DNA of 64,000 nt from a virus (IMGVR_UViG_3300037067_013742:165065-229064), one strand, 5' to 3'; positions 26,923 to 36,848 are shown, counted from the first letter of the stretch. Numbers and translations: made by a program. The notes: generated from the sequence alone by a model not told the origin.

Positions 26923-27287
26923 TTACTGGCCTCCTTTATAATCTTCTCGATTTGGTTATGCAGATCAACTCCAAGGATTCCGTATCCAGCGATGTCGGCA
27001 AAGGGCGGTTCGCCAAATGCATCTTGGTCTGTAGCTATCCTAGATAGCTTATCTATGATTCTTACAACCAGTAAGGCATCTTGAATCTGCTCTACGGCAA
27101 TACCATTTGGGTAGAGGATTCTCATTATCTCGCCGCTAATACGAGCCGAGTCTCCATAGGCCCTGTTCTTCTTTGTTACAAGGGAGCCAAGGGCTATTGC
27201 GATCTGTGCAAAACGAGCTGCTCTAGTAGCGTCTCCAGACTCTACTAGATTCACCTCAAAATGAGGCGCCTTTTCTACTTCTGACAT
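26919..27287 (-). CDS. Nucleotide-modification-associated (MazG-like helical) domain protein
   Basis: KKNRAYGDS...DKLSRI...DIAGYGIL. Confidence 0.6.
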   Translation of the reverse strand: MSEVEKAPHFEVNLVESGDATRAARFAQIAIALGSLVTKKNRAYGDSARISGEIMRILYPNGIAVEQIQDALLVVRIIDKLSRIATDQDAFGEPPFADIAGYGILGVDLHNQIEKIIKEASK

Positions 27288-27324
27288 AGCTATCCTCCTT
27301 AGGGATTTCTCTTTTCTCGCGAAT

Positions 27325-28230
27325 TTATATTGTATCGATTAAGTCTTCAGTAAACTCTACGAATTGTGCGTCTTCACTAGGTTCTTCTGAGAGGAGATCT
27401 TCGTCTTTCGACTTGGTAGGCTCGCCGCAGAATTCGTTTCCGGTGAATTGGATACAGAACTTGGAGATAAGCCTCTCATCGCCTGTAGCCCTAGCTACTG
27501 AGGCTCTTAGCTGATCTGCTGATGGCTCGACCGGACAAATATCCCCAGTATCGCTACGGGCGTATTGCTCCATACATAAACCAAGGAGATCTCGCATATT
27601 TATGTAGACGCCGTGGCCAGTAGCCATTTCTTCTGGGCTATCGAATGGAATATGGTAGTCGTCATCAAAGAGGAATCCAGCTGCTCCGAGGTAGTCTTCA
27701 TTAGAATACTTTTCTGGATCCCAATAAAACTTTAGGAAGTCCTTCTTCGCAGTAAGAATCATACTTAACCAGAAGAGGGCACTTCCATCCATGTATGGGA
27801 TTGTATCAGAGCTAGTAATAAATTGCGCCCTTTCTCTCAGTTTTTCCTGCCGTGAACAAAATCTACTTAGTTCGTTACAAACTGTATCTATCCTATCGTT
27901 TATTCTATCAATATTTGCTCTGATCCTTTGACGCTTAAGTACCCATTCCGGCAATAGTTCTTGGGGGTATAAACAACGGACAACCCCTCCCCTCCTTAAA
28001 CTCTGTCTCTCTTTCGTAGTTATGGGGGCGGAGGAGAGGACTTCTCTTATCTTCTGGTGTCCCCAAAAGTGAATAATCATATCCTCTTTCTCGAGGTCTA
28101 TTCCCAATTCTCTAGAGAGCCTCTCTCTTCGTGAAGAGATTTGTAATACTAAGTATTCGCCGGACATATAGAGTTGAACTCGGGCTCTCTGTATTTTAGT
28201 GTTCATCTTTTCTCTTTCTATATATCTCAC
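27325..28230 (-). CDS. Hypothetical protein
   Basis: 301-aa ORF. Confidence 0.55.
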   Translation of the reverse strand: MRYIEREKMNTKIQRARVQLYMSGEYLVLQISSRRERLSRELGIDLEKEDMIIHFWGHQKIREVLSSAPITTKERQSLRRGGVVRCLYPQELLPEWVLKRQRIRANIDRINDRIDTVCNELSRFCSRQEKLRERAQFITSSDTIPYMDGSALFWLSMILTAKKDFLKFYWDPEKYSNEDYLGAAGFLFDDDYHIPFDSPEEMATGHGVYINMRDLLGLCMEQYARSDTGDICPVEPSADQLRASVARATGDERLISKFCIQFTGNEFCGEPTKSKDEDLLSEEPSEDAQFVEFTEDLIDTI

Positions 28231-28606
28231 TAGAGCTTATGTCTGGTGTGCGGGGGACGATAACAATTCTTTTAACGAATTGGCCGCCCTTATCCATAAT
28301 CTCTTCCATAGAATGGTCGTCTCCAACAAGAAAGACGTCGGGCCTGATTATATCTAGCCAGAAAGTTGGGTTTGTACCAAAACCGATTACCTCATCAACA
28401 AGACCAGTTGCAAGTAGATTTGCTTTTCTGGTAAAGAATTGTTCTCCTAAGTATCCTTTGGTAGTTAGGACGGCAGTATCGCTATTCAGCAATACGATTA
28501 ATGTCCTGCCAAGCTCTGAAGCTTTTCTTAGCATGTTTATATGACCAAAATGCAAATACTGAAAGCCGCCGGTAGTCAGAACTACTGGTCTTTTTCTATT
28601 CTTCAA
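28196..28606 (-). CDS. Nucleotidyltransferase, HldC/RfaE domain II-like
   Basis: GGFQYLHFGH (HxGH), LNSD, VDEV, RPD...GDD, RTPDISSS. Confidence 0.8.
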   Translation of the reverse strand: MKNRKRPVVLTTGGFQYLHFGHINMLRKASELGRTLIVLLNSDTAVLTTKGYLGEQFFTRKANLLATGLVDEVIGFGTNPTFWLDIIRPDVFLVGDDHSMEEIMDKGGQFVKRIVIVPRTPDISSSEIYRKRKDEH

Positions 28607-29546
28607 GCTTATTCTCTATTGCGAGTGACTGAATAACTTGTTCTACCTCGCTCTTGGAGGGAAAGTAACAGAGTGGTTTTGTAACGCTCATCCCTCCCAT
28701 GGCATTAGCGAAGACGACTGACGAGAAGAGGTCTTGGCCGAAGGCTAGGGCGGATGCTAGGGATGCAATAAAAGTATCGCCAGCTCCAGTCGGATCGATT
28801 TCGGGACCAAACCGGCTTGGTACTATCTCATGACCAACGCCGTGTAGATATAGGCAACACCCTCTACCTCCACGTTTAACTATAACCGGGATGTTGCGAA
28901 GTGAGTTGGATAGATAATCTGCCTTTTCTTGTTCATGTTTTCCAGCAGGGACCAGATCATTAAGCTCCCGAAGGTTCGGACAGATAAGGTCGCAACCTAT
29001 GTACTTGGTAAGGTCATTACCTTTAGGGTCAACAACAACTTTTTTTGCGGCCCAACCAACAGCAGCCAAAACCCCTTTACTGATAGAACCAGCTCCATAG
29101 TCCGAGACTATAGCTACGTCGAACTTCTGGTTTTTACTATCCATTAGTAAGCCAGCTATAAAGCTATTTAGATCTTCAAGAGGGAAAGACTCTCTGTTGT
29201 CAGAATCAAACCTAACGATCTGCTGAAATGGAGAGGCATTGACTATCCGGCTTTTTATACTAGTCCTTCTAGAATCATTTATTTCTCTAAAGACCTGGGG
29301 ACATCCACTGTAGCGGGTGATTTTATATATCTCTTCCGAGATTGGTCCGGCAAAGATGACCTCAGCTTCTCCCAATGCTTTTGAAATCTGATAGACATTT
29401 ATTGCTACGTTAGCCGCCCCACCAGGAAGATCGATGGACTCCTGTACTTCCCAATTTACAATTGGAGCTTCTGGAGATAGGCCCTTAGGGCGGCACTTAA
29501 GAGTTCGGTCTATTAAAGCATCCCCAACTATTAAAATCCTGATCAT
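28596..29546 (-). CDS. PfkB-family sugar kinase, HldA/RfaE domain I-like (heptose-7-phosphate kinase)
   Basis: IVGDALID, SPEAP, PGGAANVA, SDYG, DPKG, PNLRE, DPTGAGDTF. Start at 29546 is coupled to the RNR stop. Confidence 0.85.
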   Translation of the reverse strand: MIRILIVGDALIDRTLKCRPKGLSPEAPIVNWEVQESIDLPGGAANVAINVYQISKALGEAEVIFAGPISEEIYKITRYSGCPQVFREINDSRRTSIKSRIVNASPFQQIVRFDSDNRESFPLEDLNSFIAGLLMDSKNQKFDVAIVSDYGAGSISKGVLAAVGWAAKKVVVDPKGNDLTKYIGCDLICPNLRELNDLVPAGKHEQEKADYLSNSLRNIPVIVKRGGRGCCLYLHGVGHEIVPSRFGPEIDPTGAGDTFIASLASALAFGQDLFSSVVFANAMGGMSVTKPLCYFPSKSEVEQVIQSLAIENKLEE

Positions 29547-31729
29547 TATCCGCACTTGCTCCAGCCGCAGTGTAAACACTGAGAGCATTTCCCGTGTAGG
29601 ACTAAGTTGCCCCCACAAACCTTACAGGTTCCAATAGGCTCATCTTCAGCGATAAACTTACCTAATACCTGCATAAAGATCTTGGGAACTGAGTACATGT
29701 TCTGCCCATCAGCTTCGTCCAGTTGCTTCAGTATCTGGCCAAGCGGCAACGTTTCCTTGCCACATACTTGGCAATGACTATAGCGGAGGCAAAGGGAAAT
29801 TAATCTCGTCGTAAGGTCGATGAATTGTACAGCCGTCAGATCATCTTCATGGGGATGTTTTAGGAATACTTCCACTGGACGGTTCTTATCTTCTGGATGC
29901 ATACCAACCATGGCAAATGCCTTAGTTGGCTTACCATTTAGATCGAACTCAACCTTGAATCTCTTAGCTTCAAGCTCTTCCGGGAGGTGAATCCACTTTG
30001 GTTTCTTCCCGTTCTTCTTGATGCTCATTGGCTCTCCCTCACGGGAGCCTTCGGGATAGACAGTAAGCCCCTTAATCTTGTTCTCCCAAGACCAGCGGAA
30101 GATCTCGTCGACTTTTTCTGAAGTGAGAATGTCTTGCGGCGCACAAACAGTCTTAGAGACTCCAGAGTCTGTGTATCTCTGCCACGCGGCGACAACCTTG
30201 AGATGTTCCTCAGCTGTTAAATCTCTAGATAGAACCATATGCTTTGGGAGTCTGTTCTGAATCTCTAGATTTAGTTTAGCGAGGTCTCCACTTGAGGCAT
30301 CTTCCATCTCTCTAAGTTGTTCTGGAGTAAATATTTCCTCTATAGTGGGGAGGTAACGGAATCTCTCGGTATCATTTCTTCTTTCCGTAAAGGCCCAATA
30401 GGTATGTGGCTCTATACTCCAAGAAGTATTAGCCAGCATGGCTAGAGAACCAGTTGGGGCCACAGTGGTTCTTGCTACGTTTCGATGTCGGTCTCCCTTC
30501 CTTGCTAACGGATAGGGACCCCGCTCTTCCCCTAAAGCCTTACTAGCTTTTGAGCAGGCTGATTCGCGGAGGACGCCAATTGTATCGATAAGCTTCATAC
30601 ACTCATCTGAGCCATACCTAATCCCAAGCTTATCTAGCATAGAGGTAAAGCCCATTACCCCAACGCCAATTCTTCTGGTTAGTAGGGTTTGATCTACAAT
30701 CCCCTGGGTTGGCCAAGCAGAGGAGTCGATGAGATCATCTAGCAGTCTGGTTGTCATTTCAAAAATGGTCTGAAGACCATCAATATCTAGCTCTGTACCA
30801 ACGACAAACTTTGCCAAGTCTACAGAGGCTAGATTGCAAGAGCCATTATGGCATAGTCCTTGCTCAGCGCAGGGGTTCGACCCATGGATGTACTGTGGGT
30901 TCTCTAAATCAGAGAGCCCATCAATTAGTGGGTTGTCGCGATTAATGGTATCTAAGAAAAGGATACCTGGATCTCCATTTATCGCAGCATGGTCACATAT
31001 GGCTTGCCAAATATCTCCAACAGAGAGGACTTCTTTAGAGCCTCTATCAGCCTTTAAGACAGATTCTCCGTCTGGTAGTACGTGGTACTGCCGTCCACCA
31101 AACGAACAGAGGTGGGGCTTTTCTGGTTCCTTAGCAAGCCTCTTCATGAAGGAGTCGGGAATAGTTACTGAGATATTGAAGTTAGCTAAATCTCCATCCT
31201 TTTCTTTACAGTGAATAAATCTGATGATGTCTGGGTGATCGATTCTCAAAGCTCCTAATAGAGCAGCTTTTCTTACGCCAGCCTGAGTAACTGTGTCGCC
31301 TACCTTATTATAGAGACTAAGAACTCCGATAGGTCCCATTGCATACTTATGAGTTGAGTTTACGGTGGAGCCTGCTGGCCGTAGCTTAGACATCTCAAAG
31401 CCACATCCTCCACCAAACTTTAGGATCATTGCGGCTGAGGTCGCTACCTCCATAATAGACTCCATTGAGTCTTCTGGCTGCTGTACGAAACAGGCTGAGA
31501 TGCTACCTTTCCTGCCAGTCCCGGCATTTATTAAAGCGGGAGTATTAGGTAAAGCCTTACCGCTTACCATTAGTTGGTAGAAAGACTCTTCCCACTTTTC
31601 CTTGTCGCTAAGTTCTGATGAGGCTGCTGCCCTGGCTACTCTGCGACACATTGTTTCCCAGTTTTCGCCCGGCTGAAAATATCTGGCTACTAGCAGATCG
31701 TTTACATTAGAGGGGGGTTGAAACGTCAT
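29546..31729 (-). CDS. nrdJ: Ribonucleotide reductase class II (B12-dependent) with C-terminal TSCPD-like domain
   Basis: PNTPALINAG, SACF, NPCAEQ, CNLAS, APTGS, VSKTV, C-terminal Zn ribbon; no R2 subunit in the window. Confidence 0.9.
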   Translation of the reverse strand: MTFQPPSNVNDLLVARYFQPGENWETMCRRVARAAASSELSDKEKWEESFYQLMVSGKALPNTPALINAGTGRKGSISACFVQQPEDSMESIMEVATSAAMILKFGGGCGFEMSKLRPAGSTVNSTHKYAMGPIGVLSLYNKVGDTVTQAGVRKAALLGALRIDHPDIIRFIHCKEKDGDLANFNISVTIPDSFMKRLAKEPEKPHLCSFGGRQYHVLPDGESVLKADRGSKEVLSVGDIWQAICDHAAINGDPGILFLDTINRDNPLIDGLSDLENPQYIHGSNPCAEQGLCHNGSCNLASVDLAKFVVGTELDIDGLQTIFEMTTRLLDDLIDSSAWPTQGIVDQTLLTRRIGVGVMGFTSMLDKLGIRYGSDECMKLIDTIGVLRESACSKASKALGEERGPYPLARKGDRHRNVARTTVAPTGSLAMLANTSWSIEPHTYWAFTERRNDTERFRYLPTIEEIFTPEQLREMEDASSGDLAKLNLEIQNRLPKHMVLSRDLTAEEHLKVVAAWQRYTDSGVSKTVCAPQDILTSEKVDEIFRWSWENKIKGLTVYPEGSREGEPMSIKKNGKKPKWIHLPEELEAKRFKVEFDLNGKPTKAFAMVGMHPEDKNRPVEVFLKHPHEDDLTAVQFIDLTTRLISLCLRYSHCQVCGKETLPLGQILKQLDEADGQNMYSVPKIFMQVLGKFIAEDEPIGTCKVCGGNLVLHGKCSQCLHCGWSKCG

Positions 31730-31805
31730 ACGCTTTCCTTGGAAAAAGAATTAGAAGACTAACTTTATCATAAATTCGTGGGGAGTTGGTAGGAAGGGGG
31801 GGGAG

Positions 31806-32396
31806 TTAGCTAAGCTTTGCTCTAAGTGCAAGGAATCGCCCGCGATTCTCGATTCCCTTGCGAGCTTCTTCTAAAGACTTAGATAACTTTTTGAAGAATT
31901 CTGCTATGAGGCCGGCGGCTTGGGTCGCTGATAAAGTTGCATCGACTCCGCTGTTAACCAGAACTAACTGTCGAAGCTTTTCTGCCGCGAGTGGCTTACC
32001 ATCTTTGTGAGCTTCCATCTCGGCTACGTATCTTTCGGCAAACTCAGCTTCGTGACAGTGAAGTACTGCGTTAGACTGCATTTCAAAGATGGCACAAATG
32101 TATTCAGCAATCTGATACTTGTTGCTGATTTCATTTTGAGCTCTCTCAAGGCCCTTGATGTCATCTGGGTCTTCGGGGAGGGTAACCCGAAGCTCTTTTC
32201 CCCAATCTCTTAAGGATTTACCATTAACCTTGAGACTATCCATTAGTCCCTTATCACAAGCGAGTAGGACTTCTCTACCCTTCTTCATACGACCCATCAA
32301 CTTTTCGGCAATTGCCTCAGCGTCAGTGATTATAACCTCTGAGCTTGCTGGCTCTGTAACTTCTGGCTCGGTGATGACGGACTGCTCTTCGTCCAT
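31806..32396 (-). CDS. Helical hypothetical protein (possibly UvsY-like)
   Basis: Long helical pattern; resemblance is weak. Confidence 0.35.
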   Translation of the reverse strand: MDEEQSVITEPEVTEPASSEVIITDAEAIAEKLMGRMKKGREVLLACDKGLMDSLKVNGKSLRDWGKELRVTLPEDPDDIKGLERAQNEISNKYQIAEYICAIFEMQSNAVLHCHEAEFAERYVAEMEAHKDGKPLAAEKLRQLVLVNSGVDATLSATQAAGLIAEFFKKLSKSLEEARKGIENRGRFLALRAKLS

Positions 32397-32644
32397 TTGT
32401 CCTTATTTCCTTCTGCATATAGGTATAGCGAGAATAGAACCCCGGCTATACCCGCGCCCAGTGCCCCTGCTAGACTTCCTGAGATATTTCCAAGTAGAAC
32501 AAAAGCCCCGGCACTAACTACAAGGTCTGAAAAGAACGGAAACTTTCTTATGAACCACTTGATGGGTCCGGGGGCTTTGTGGAAGATGGCAACGAATCCG
32601 ACGAATGTGACGAGTCCGAGGACGATTCCTGACAACATTCGCAT
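32330..32644 (-). CDS. Small membrane protein
   Basis: Two to three hydrophobic segments. Confidence 0.5.
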   Translation of the reverse strand: MRMLSGIVLGLVTFVGFVAIFHKAPGPIKWFIRKFPFFSDLVVSAGAFVLLGNISGSLAGALGAGIAGVLFSLYLYAEGNKDKWTKSSPSSPSQKLQSQQAQRL

Positions 32645-32874
32645 CCCTCTTCTTTCTCTTTGAGAACTAGCTCTGCAAGATTTCTTACTGACTTAGCCAT
32701 CTCCCCTATAGCGGAAAGGAAACGGCCATTTGCATGTCTCTCTGGAATATTCTGTAGATATTGGCCAAGACCCATACACTCTACTTCACTGACTACTCCA
32801 AAAAACTGATGTGTTACCTTACCATCTGGTAGGATTGTTAGCAGTACGCCCTTACTGGTATTCTGCTCAGTCAT
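32548..32874 (-). CDS. Hypothetical protein
   Basis: ORF track. Confidence 0.45.
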   Translation of the reverse strand: MTEQNTSKGVLLTILPDGKVTHQFFGVVSEVECMGLGQYLQNIPERHANGRFLSAIGEMAKSVRNLAELVLKEKEEGCECCQESSSDSSHSSDSLPSSTKPPDPSSGS

Positions 32875-33319
32875 TGTCTAGCCTCCTCACGACGTTGTTG
32901 TTTTTATCTAGTAGTTCTATCACACATCCCTCCCCAAGAAGTTCTTTCATAAGTTCTAGGTGGTATGTTGATAGCCAAACTTTGGCAGTCGTTGTTCCTG
33001 GATGGAAGCGGTTGCTTATAAGAATGTCTCCAGCCCTTGCCGCTACTGGATTGGTAATAATCTTCTCTTCATCTCCAGTAGTATTCTCTGAAAGGTTCTC
33101 GGGAGACTTTATCTGTGTCAGTAATTTAGAGCTTAGCTTTCTTCTAGCATATGGCGCAGCTGTTGGGAGGCAGAAGAACATGCTTCTCCCAACTTCTGTA
33201 TCAAGAACTAGTTCCCAGTTGGGCTCAGTCACGTCAACTGTTGGGATCGGTATAGTCTGTTGCGTTTCTGTCGGCAAGGGACCGAAGACTAATAGTGCTG
33301 TCTGAAGTTTCTGTTCCAA
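32867..33319 (-). CDS. Hypothetical protein
   Basis: ORF track. Confidence 0.45.
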   Translation of the reverse strand: MEQKLQTALLVFGPLPTETQQTIPIPTVDVTEPNWELVLDTEVGRSMFFCLPTAAPYARRKLSSKLLTQIKSPENLSENTTGDEEKIITNPVAARAGDILISNRFHPGTTTAKVWLSTYHLELMKELLGEGCVIELLDKNNNVVRRLDND

Positions 33320-33653
33320 TTTCTACCTCTGCTGGCATCTGTTCGCCCGCAAGCATCCCAATAGATACAAAAAGGGAAGCTTGATACAAACCTTCTGGAC
33401 TATCAAGTAATCGTTCAACTAGGGACGTCAACCCTACACGAGTTAGGGTTTCTAATAGAATATATGTACCTACGGTTGTATAACCTAGGTTCTTATTTTC
33501 TACTAAGTTGGCGGCGGCTGGTTCTATCTCTTTTGCTATCGTCTCAATATAAGATGCAGCTTTATATTCAGCTCCATCTGCTCTTATTGTTGGGAGAACC
33601 GGGGTTGTTCCGTCTGTGTCTTTTATAGCAAAGAGTGGAATAAGATTTGGCAT
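33234..33653 (-). CDS. Hypothetical protein
   Basis: ORF track; GGAG SD. Confidence 0.5.
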   Translation of the reverse strand: MPNLIPLFAIKDTDGTTPVLPTIRADGAEYKAASYIETIAKEIEPAAANLVENKNLGYTTVGTYILLETLTRVGLTSLVERLLDSPEGLYQASLFVSIGMLAGEQMPAEVEIGTETSDSTISLRSLADRNATDYTDPNS

Positions 33654-33666
33654 CTAATCTCCGCTT

Positions 33667-34035
33667 CTACTGGTCAAGGTCGAGGTTTTTCTTCGGCACA
33701 ATCAGCGCAAACCTCTCTCCTCGTATATTCATAATCACAGCTGTTCTAGGAAATTTTCTTGCCCTTATTTCTTCCAGAGCGTAAATAAGTCCGATCACAG
33801 GTATTACACCTGGATTATCTTTTAGGCCCATTCGTAGAGCTTTTTTCTTTTCGCGGAGGGAGGGGGCATTAACAATTACCTGGAACGTAAGGGTTTCATA
33901 CTCATTAATCGTCTCTTCAGCTCCTACGAGACTGATGCTGATCCAGCGTCTAGTTACTAGTAATAGTAAGTATGCTGGAAGTTTTTCTAGAAAGAACGAT
34001 CTTATGAGTATGAGGATACGTAGGATATAGGGCAT
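33667..34035 (-). CDS. Hypothetical protein
   Basis: ORF track. Confidence 0.45.
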   Translation of the reverse strand: MPYILRILILIRSFFLEKLPAYLLLLVTRRWISISLVGAEETINEYETLTFQVIVNAPSLREKKKALRMGLKDNPGVIPVIGLIYALEEIRARKFPRTAVIMNIRGERFALIVPKKNLDLDQ

Positions 34036-34049
34036 AGAGGTAGTTTACA

Positions 34050-34538
34050 CTACCAGCCCAGGATTTTGGGTAGGGCCGCACCAAGTAGAAGCCGAATCTC
34101 TAATGTCTCGGCTGGGGTGAGGGCAACGCCAGGATATTTCCTCGGGCTCTCTTCTCCCTTGGTCTTCTCCTGAGCGTTAACATAGATAAAATCTTTGTCT
34201 GGCGCCTTTGAAATTTTAATAGACTTAATAGTCTGACCCTTATCTTGGCTGCCCATATTTGGGTCATGAACAAAATTAACTTCGTTACCTTGCATACCAA
34301 GAATAAACTGAGCAACTTCATGCTCAGAGAGGGCGATCGTCATCTTATGATCCCAGTCATATTTCTTATCGCCTTCTGATATAGCGGCAGCAATAGCTAC
34401 AAATACGCAGCCTTTGCTTGTGCCAAGATACTTCTTGTCGTTCCGACCCCTAATCTCAACTGCTTCGCCCGCTTTAAGGGTAAATTGGATCGCTACGCTC
34501 TTCTTCCAAATTGCTAGGTCAGCTGGCTTCTTTTCCAT
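34050..34538 (-). CDS. Whirly-family ssDNA-binding protein
   Basis: IWKKSVAI, YDWDHK...LSEHE, FVHDPNMG..D.G..IK, T.AE...LPKILGW; colinear with plant Whirly motifs as recalled (YKGKAAL, YDW, FHDP, PYLLGW). Confidence 0.75.
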   Translation of the reverse strand: MEKKPADLAIWKKSVAIQFTLKAGEAVEIRGRNDKKYLGTSKGCVFVAIAAAISEGDKKYDWDHKMTIALSEHEVAQFILGMQGNEVNFVHDPNMGSQDKGQTIKSIKISKAPDKDFIYVNAQEKTKGEESPRKYPGVALTPAETLEIRLLLGAALPKILGW

Positions 34539-34884
34539 TCGTACTACTTTCTAACTCCTCTCTCCTGAGAAACGATTGAATATCGAATCCTATTTTCATA
34601 AGCGAGGTTCCCGTGGTGGGATCCTCTTCGATCAGTTTGTTGGCTAGCTCGTAAGTAATTTTTTCTGGCCGCTGAGCTTCTTTTCTCTCTGTTTTATAAT
34701 AGAGAGCATGACCTGAATTAATTACAAGTTGGCCAATAAATACAATAAGTTCTTCTTGTGTTAACTTATCTCTATTTACTGCTTCGATACACTCATCCAA
34801 TAGACCTTCGACTAACTTAGTTCTTATCGCTGCCATATTAGCTACGACTCCTAACAAGATTTGCTTTATGAATGAGAGAGGCAA
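34519..34884 (-). CDS. Hypothetical protein
   Basis: ORF track; true start probably MAAIRTK. Confidence 0.5.
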   Translation of the reverse strand: MPLSFIKQILLGVVANMAAIRTKLVEGLLDECIEAVNRDKLTQEELIVFIGQLVINSGHALYYKTERKEAQRPEKITYELANKLIEEDPTTGTSLMKIGFDIQSFLRREELESSTNGKEAS

Positions 34885-35053
34885 GAACCGCTTCAGACCT
34901 AGAGACTCTTCGCTCTAGATCTAGAAGTTCTCCCTCTTCAATCTCCTCATACTCGTCACCGTCGGTTACGATTGCAACATCCTGTAGAGCTTCTAGTATC
35001 CTATTGCAGTCATTTTCGAGCTCAGTTAGTCGTTGGTCTATTGTGATGGTCAT
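34838..35053 (-). CDS. Hypothetical coiled-coil protein
   Basis: ORF with AGGAG SD. Confidence 0.5.
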   Translation of the reverse strand: MTITIDQRLTELENDCNRILEALQDVAIVTDGDEYEEIEEGELLDLERRVSRSEAVLASLIHKANLVRSRS

Positions 35054-35062
35054 ATCTATCTC

Positions 35063-35437
35063 CTAACAGAGATAGTCTACATCAGGTTTACTTTGCTTGC
35101 TAAATGATTCTGTTGGAGTACCTTCTACGGGCTCTCTCTTGATGCTGCTCTTCTGGCCACTGCTAGATAGACGGTTGTACTCGTCATAAATAGCCTTCTG
35201 GAAAAGCTTGTTGTCGTCCTCATCTGGGATGATTACAGAATTCTCCCAGGCATCCTTGCCGGTAGCCTTGTCCTTTGTGGCCCTAGATGGCATAGCCGGA
35301 AATAGACCCTTCTTGCCAGGGATCATCCGGATCCCCTTAATTACCATTCCGTTAGACATGGTAACTGTAACGTAGGCCTTGACTTTGTCGTAATCTACTA
35401 GGGTCATCTGAACTGATACGATATCGTCTTTTGTCAT
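35063..35437 (-). CDS. SpoVG-family nucleic-acid-binding protein
   Basis: KAYVTVTM...VIKGIRMIPGKKGLFPAMPSR. Confidence 0.8.
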   Translation of the reverse strand: MTKDDIVSVQMTLVDYDKVKAYVTVTMSNGMVIKGIRMIPGKKGLFPAMPSRATKDKATGKDAWENSVIIPDEDDNKLFQKAIYDEYNRLSSSGQKSSIKREPVEGTPTESFSKQSKPDVDYLC

Positions 35438-35823
35438 TACTTCTCTCTTCCTTTCATCCTCTGCCACTCCTGTAGCTTTTCCCACGCGGCAACACCACCG
35501 AAAAGTTCAGTCGAGTGTTTTATAGCCCTTTGAATTGTTCCGGATAGGCATGCAAGCTTAACAGAATTCATACTTAGAAGTTCAACATTCTCAAGCTCAA
35601 CACCCTCGTCTATTTCTACGATGGTGTCTAGGGCGTCTGTCTCTGAAGCCTTTGTATACTCAACACTTTTCCCATCTGCCGTATATACAAAGTATCTTGA
35701 AGAGGCTAAATCCTTAATCTCGCTAAGCCTAACTTCGTATGGAGCCCTGCCCTCTGGAATTTTTAGCTTTAGAGTCATGCTAGTGAAGCGTTGAATGCCT
35801 TTCCCATATTCCTGGTAAGCCAA
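35437..35823 (-). CDS. Hypothetical protein
   Basis: ORF track. Confidence 0.45.
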   Translation of the reverse strand: MAYQEYGKGIQRFTSMTLKLKIPEGRAPYEVRLSEIKDLASSRYFVYTADGKSVEYTKASETDALDTIVEIDEGVELENVELLSMNSVKLACLSGTIQRAIKHSTELFGGVAAWEKLQEWQRMKGREK

Positions 35824-35960
35824 GCCTTCCAGGCAACAATTGTCTTAACATCAAGGTTGAGATCATTTGCCAGATCCTTGGAGCTGACGTCTGGATACCG
35901 GCTTACATAGCGTAGCATCCGCTGCTTCTGGTTGTTGTTTAGATCCTTTACCGTTCTCAT
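35775..35960 (-). CDS. Small helix-turn-helix protein
   Basis: YPDVSSKDLANDLNLDVKTIVAW. Confidence 0.6.
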   Translation of the reverse strand: MRTVKDLNNNQKQRMLRYVSRYPDVSSKDLANDLNLDVKTIVAWKAWLTRNMGKAFNASLA

Positions 35961-35973
35961 TTCTCTCTCCTTC

Positions 35974-36819
35974 TTACAGAACTACAATTGATTTGGATCT
36001 CGGGTTTCTTTCGAGAATCCACATGATGCTGACCATTGGTAGAGTACTAGTATATTTAGACTCTATCTTCTCTCTTACTCTGAATCCCTTCTTTCTAATC
36101 TCGTTATCCATTTCTTCAATATTGTCTAGGACATCGTTCCAAGAGTTTCCGATCCTGCCAACATGCAAAGTAGTCCTGAAAATAAACGGGCCTTTTGTTG
36201 CGCCTGCATCACTAACAAAACTAGATATCTTTCGGGTGCCACCAGATGTTCTAATCATGTTATTGCAGAAATCTAGATCTAGAACTATATACCCATCTTC
36301 TGGCGGCTGAATATTGAAGCAGTCTTCGTTTACTATCGTGACGCTGTGAACAGGATTCTCGCCACGATCCCACCATAAATAATTAATATTCTTTGAGATA
36401 AGTTTGTCTATTGATTTGATATTCTTCTTTGCTTGTGAAATTAGGTCTTTGTCTTTGTCGCAAATAAGAAATCTGGTTGGTAGTCCAGATAAAGCCCAGG
36501 GGATACAAGCAAGTTCTGGGTCTGGCCCAGCAAGGATGAGAGCTTGGTAGGCCTGTGGAATACTATTGCTTCTTAGAAAGAAGTCTAAAGCTGCTCTCGC
36601 CTCCATGAACTGGACGCATCGTTTGCCATGGCTAGCCCATTCGGCCTTGCCAATTTTGTCACCAAGAGCCCTTTTTATAACTCTTGGAAGTCCTTCAAAA
36701 AGAAATCGCTGGAGTTTAACTTCTGCTTCATCAGAAGCTTGGTAGCCTAAAAGAGAGTTACGGATAGACTCTTTTGTGATACCAGAAAAGGTGGGCAAAC
36801 TCAATTCTTCTCTTCTCAT
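35974..36819 (-). CDS. Possible Rossmann-fold methyltransferase-like protein
   Basis: LILAGP, ICDKD, EDCF, LDLDFC pattern. Confidence 0.35.
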   Translation of the reverse strand: MRREELSLPTFSGITKESIRNSLLGYQASDEAEVKLQRFLFEGLPRVIKRALGDKIGKAEWASHGKRCVQFMEARAALDFFLRSNSIPQAYQALILAGPDPELACIPWALSGLPTRFLICDKDKDLISQAKKNIKSIDKLISKNINYLWWDRGENPVHSVTIVNEDCFNIQPPEDGYIVLDLDFCNNMIRTSGGTRKISSFVSDAGATKGPFIFRTTLHVGRIGNSWNDVLDNIEEMDNEIRKKGFRVREKIESKYTSTLPMVSIMWILERNPRSKSIVVL

Positions 36820-36832
36820 TCTCTACACCTTT

Positions 36833-36843
36833 AGTATAGCACA
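36833..36843 (-). promoter_or_regulatory. Extended -10 promoter TGTGCTATACT
   Basis: Intergenic; identical to 3411-3421. Confidence 0.5.
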
Positions 36844-36848
36844 AACTC

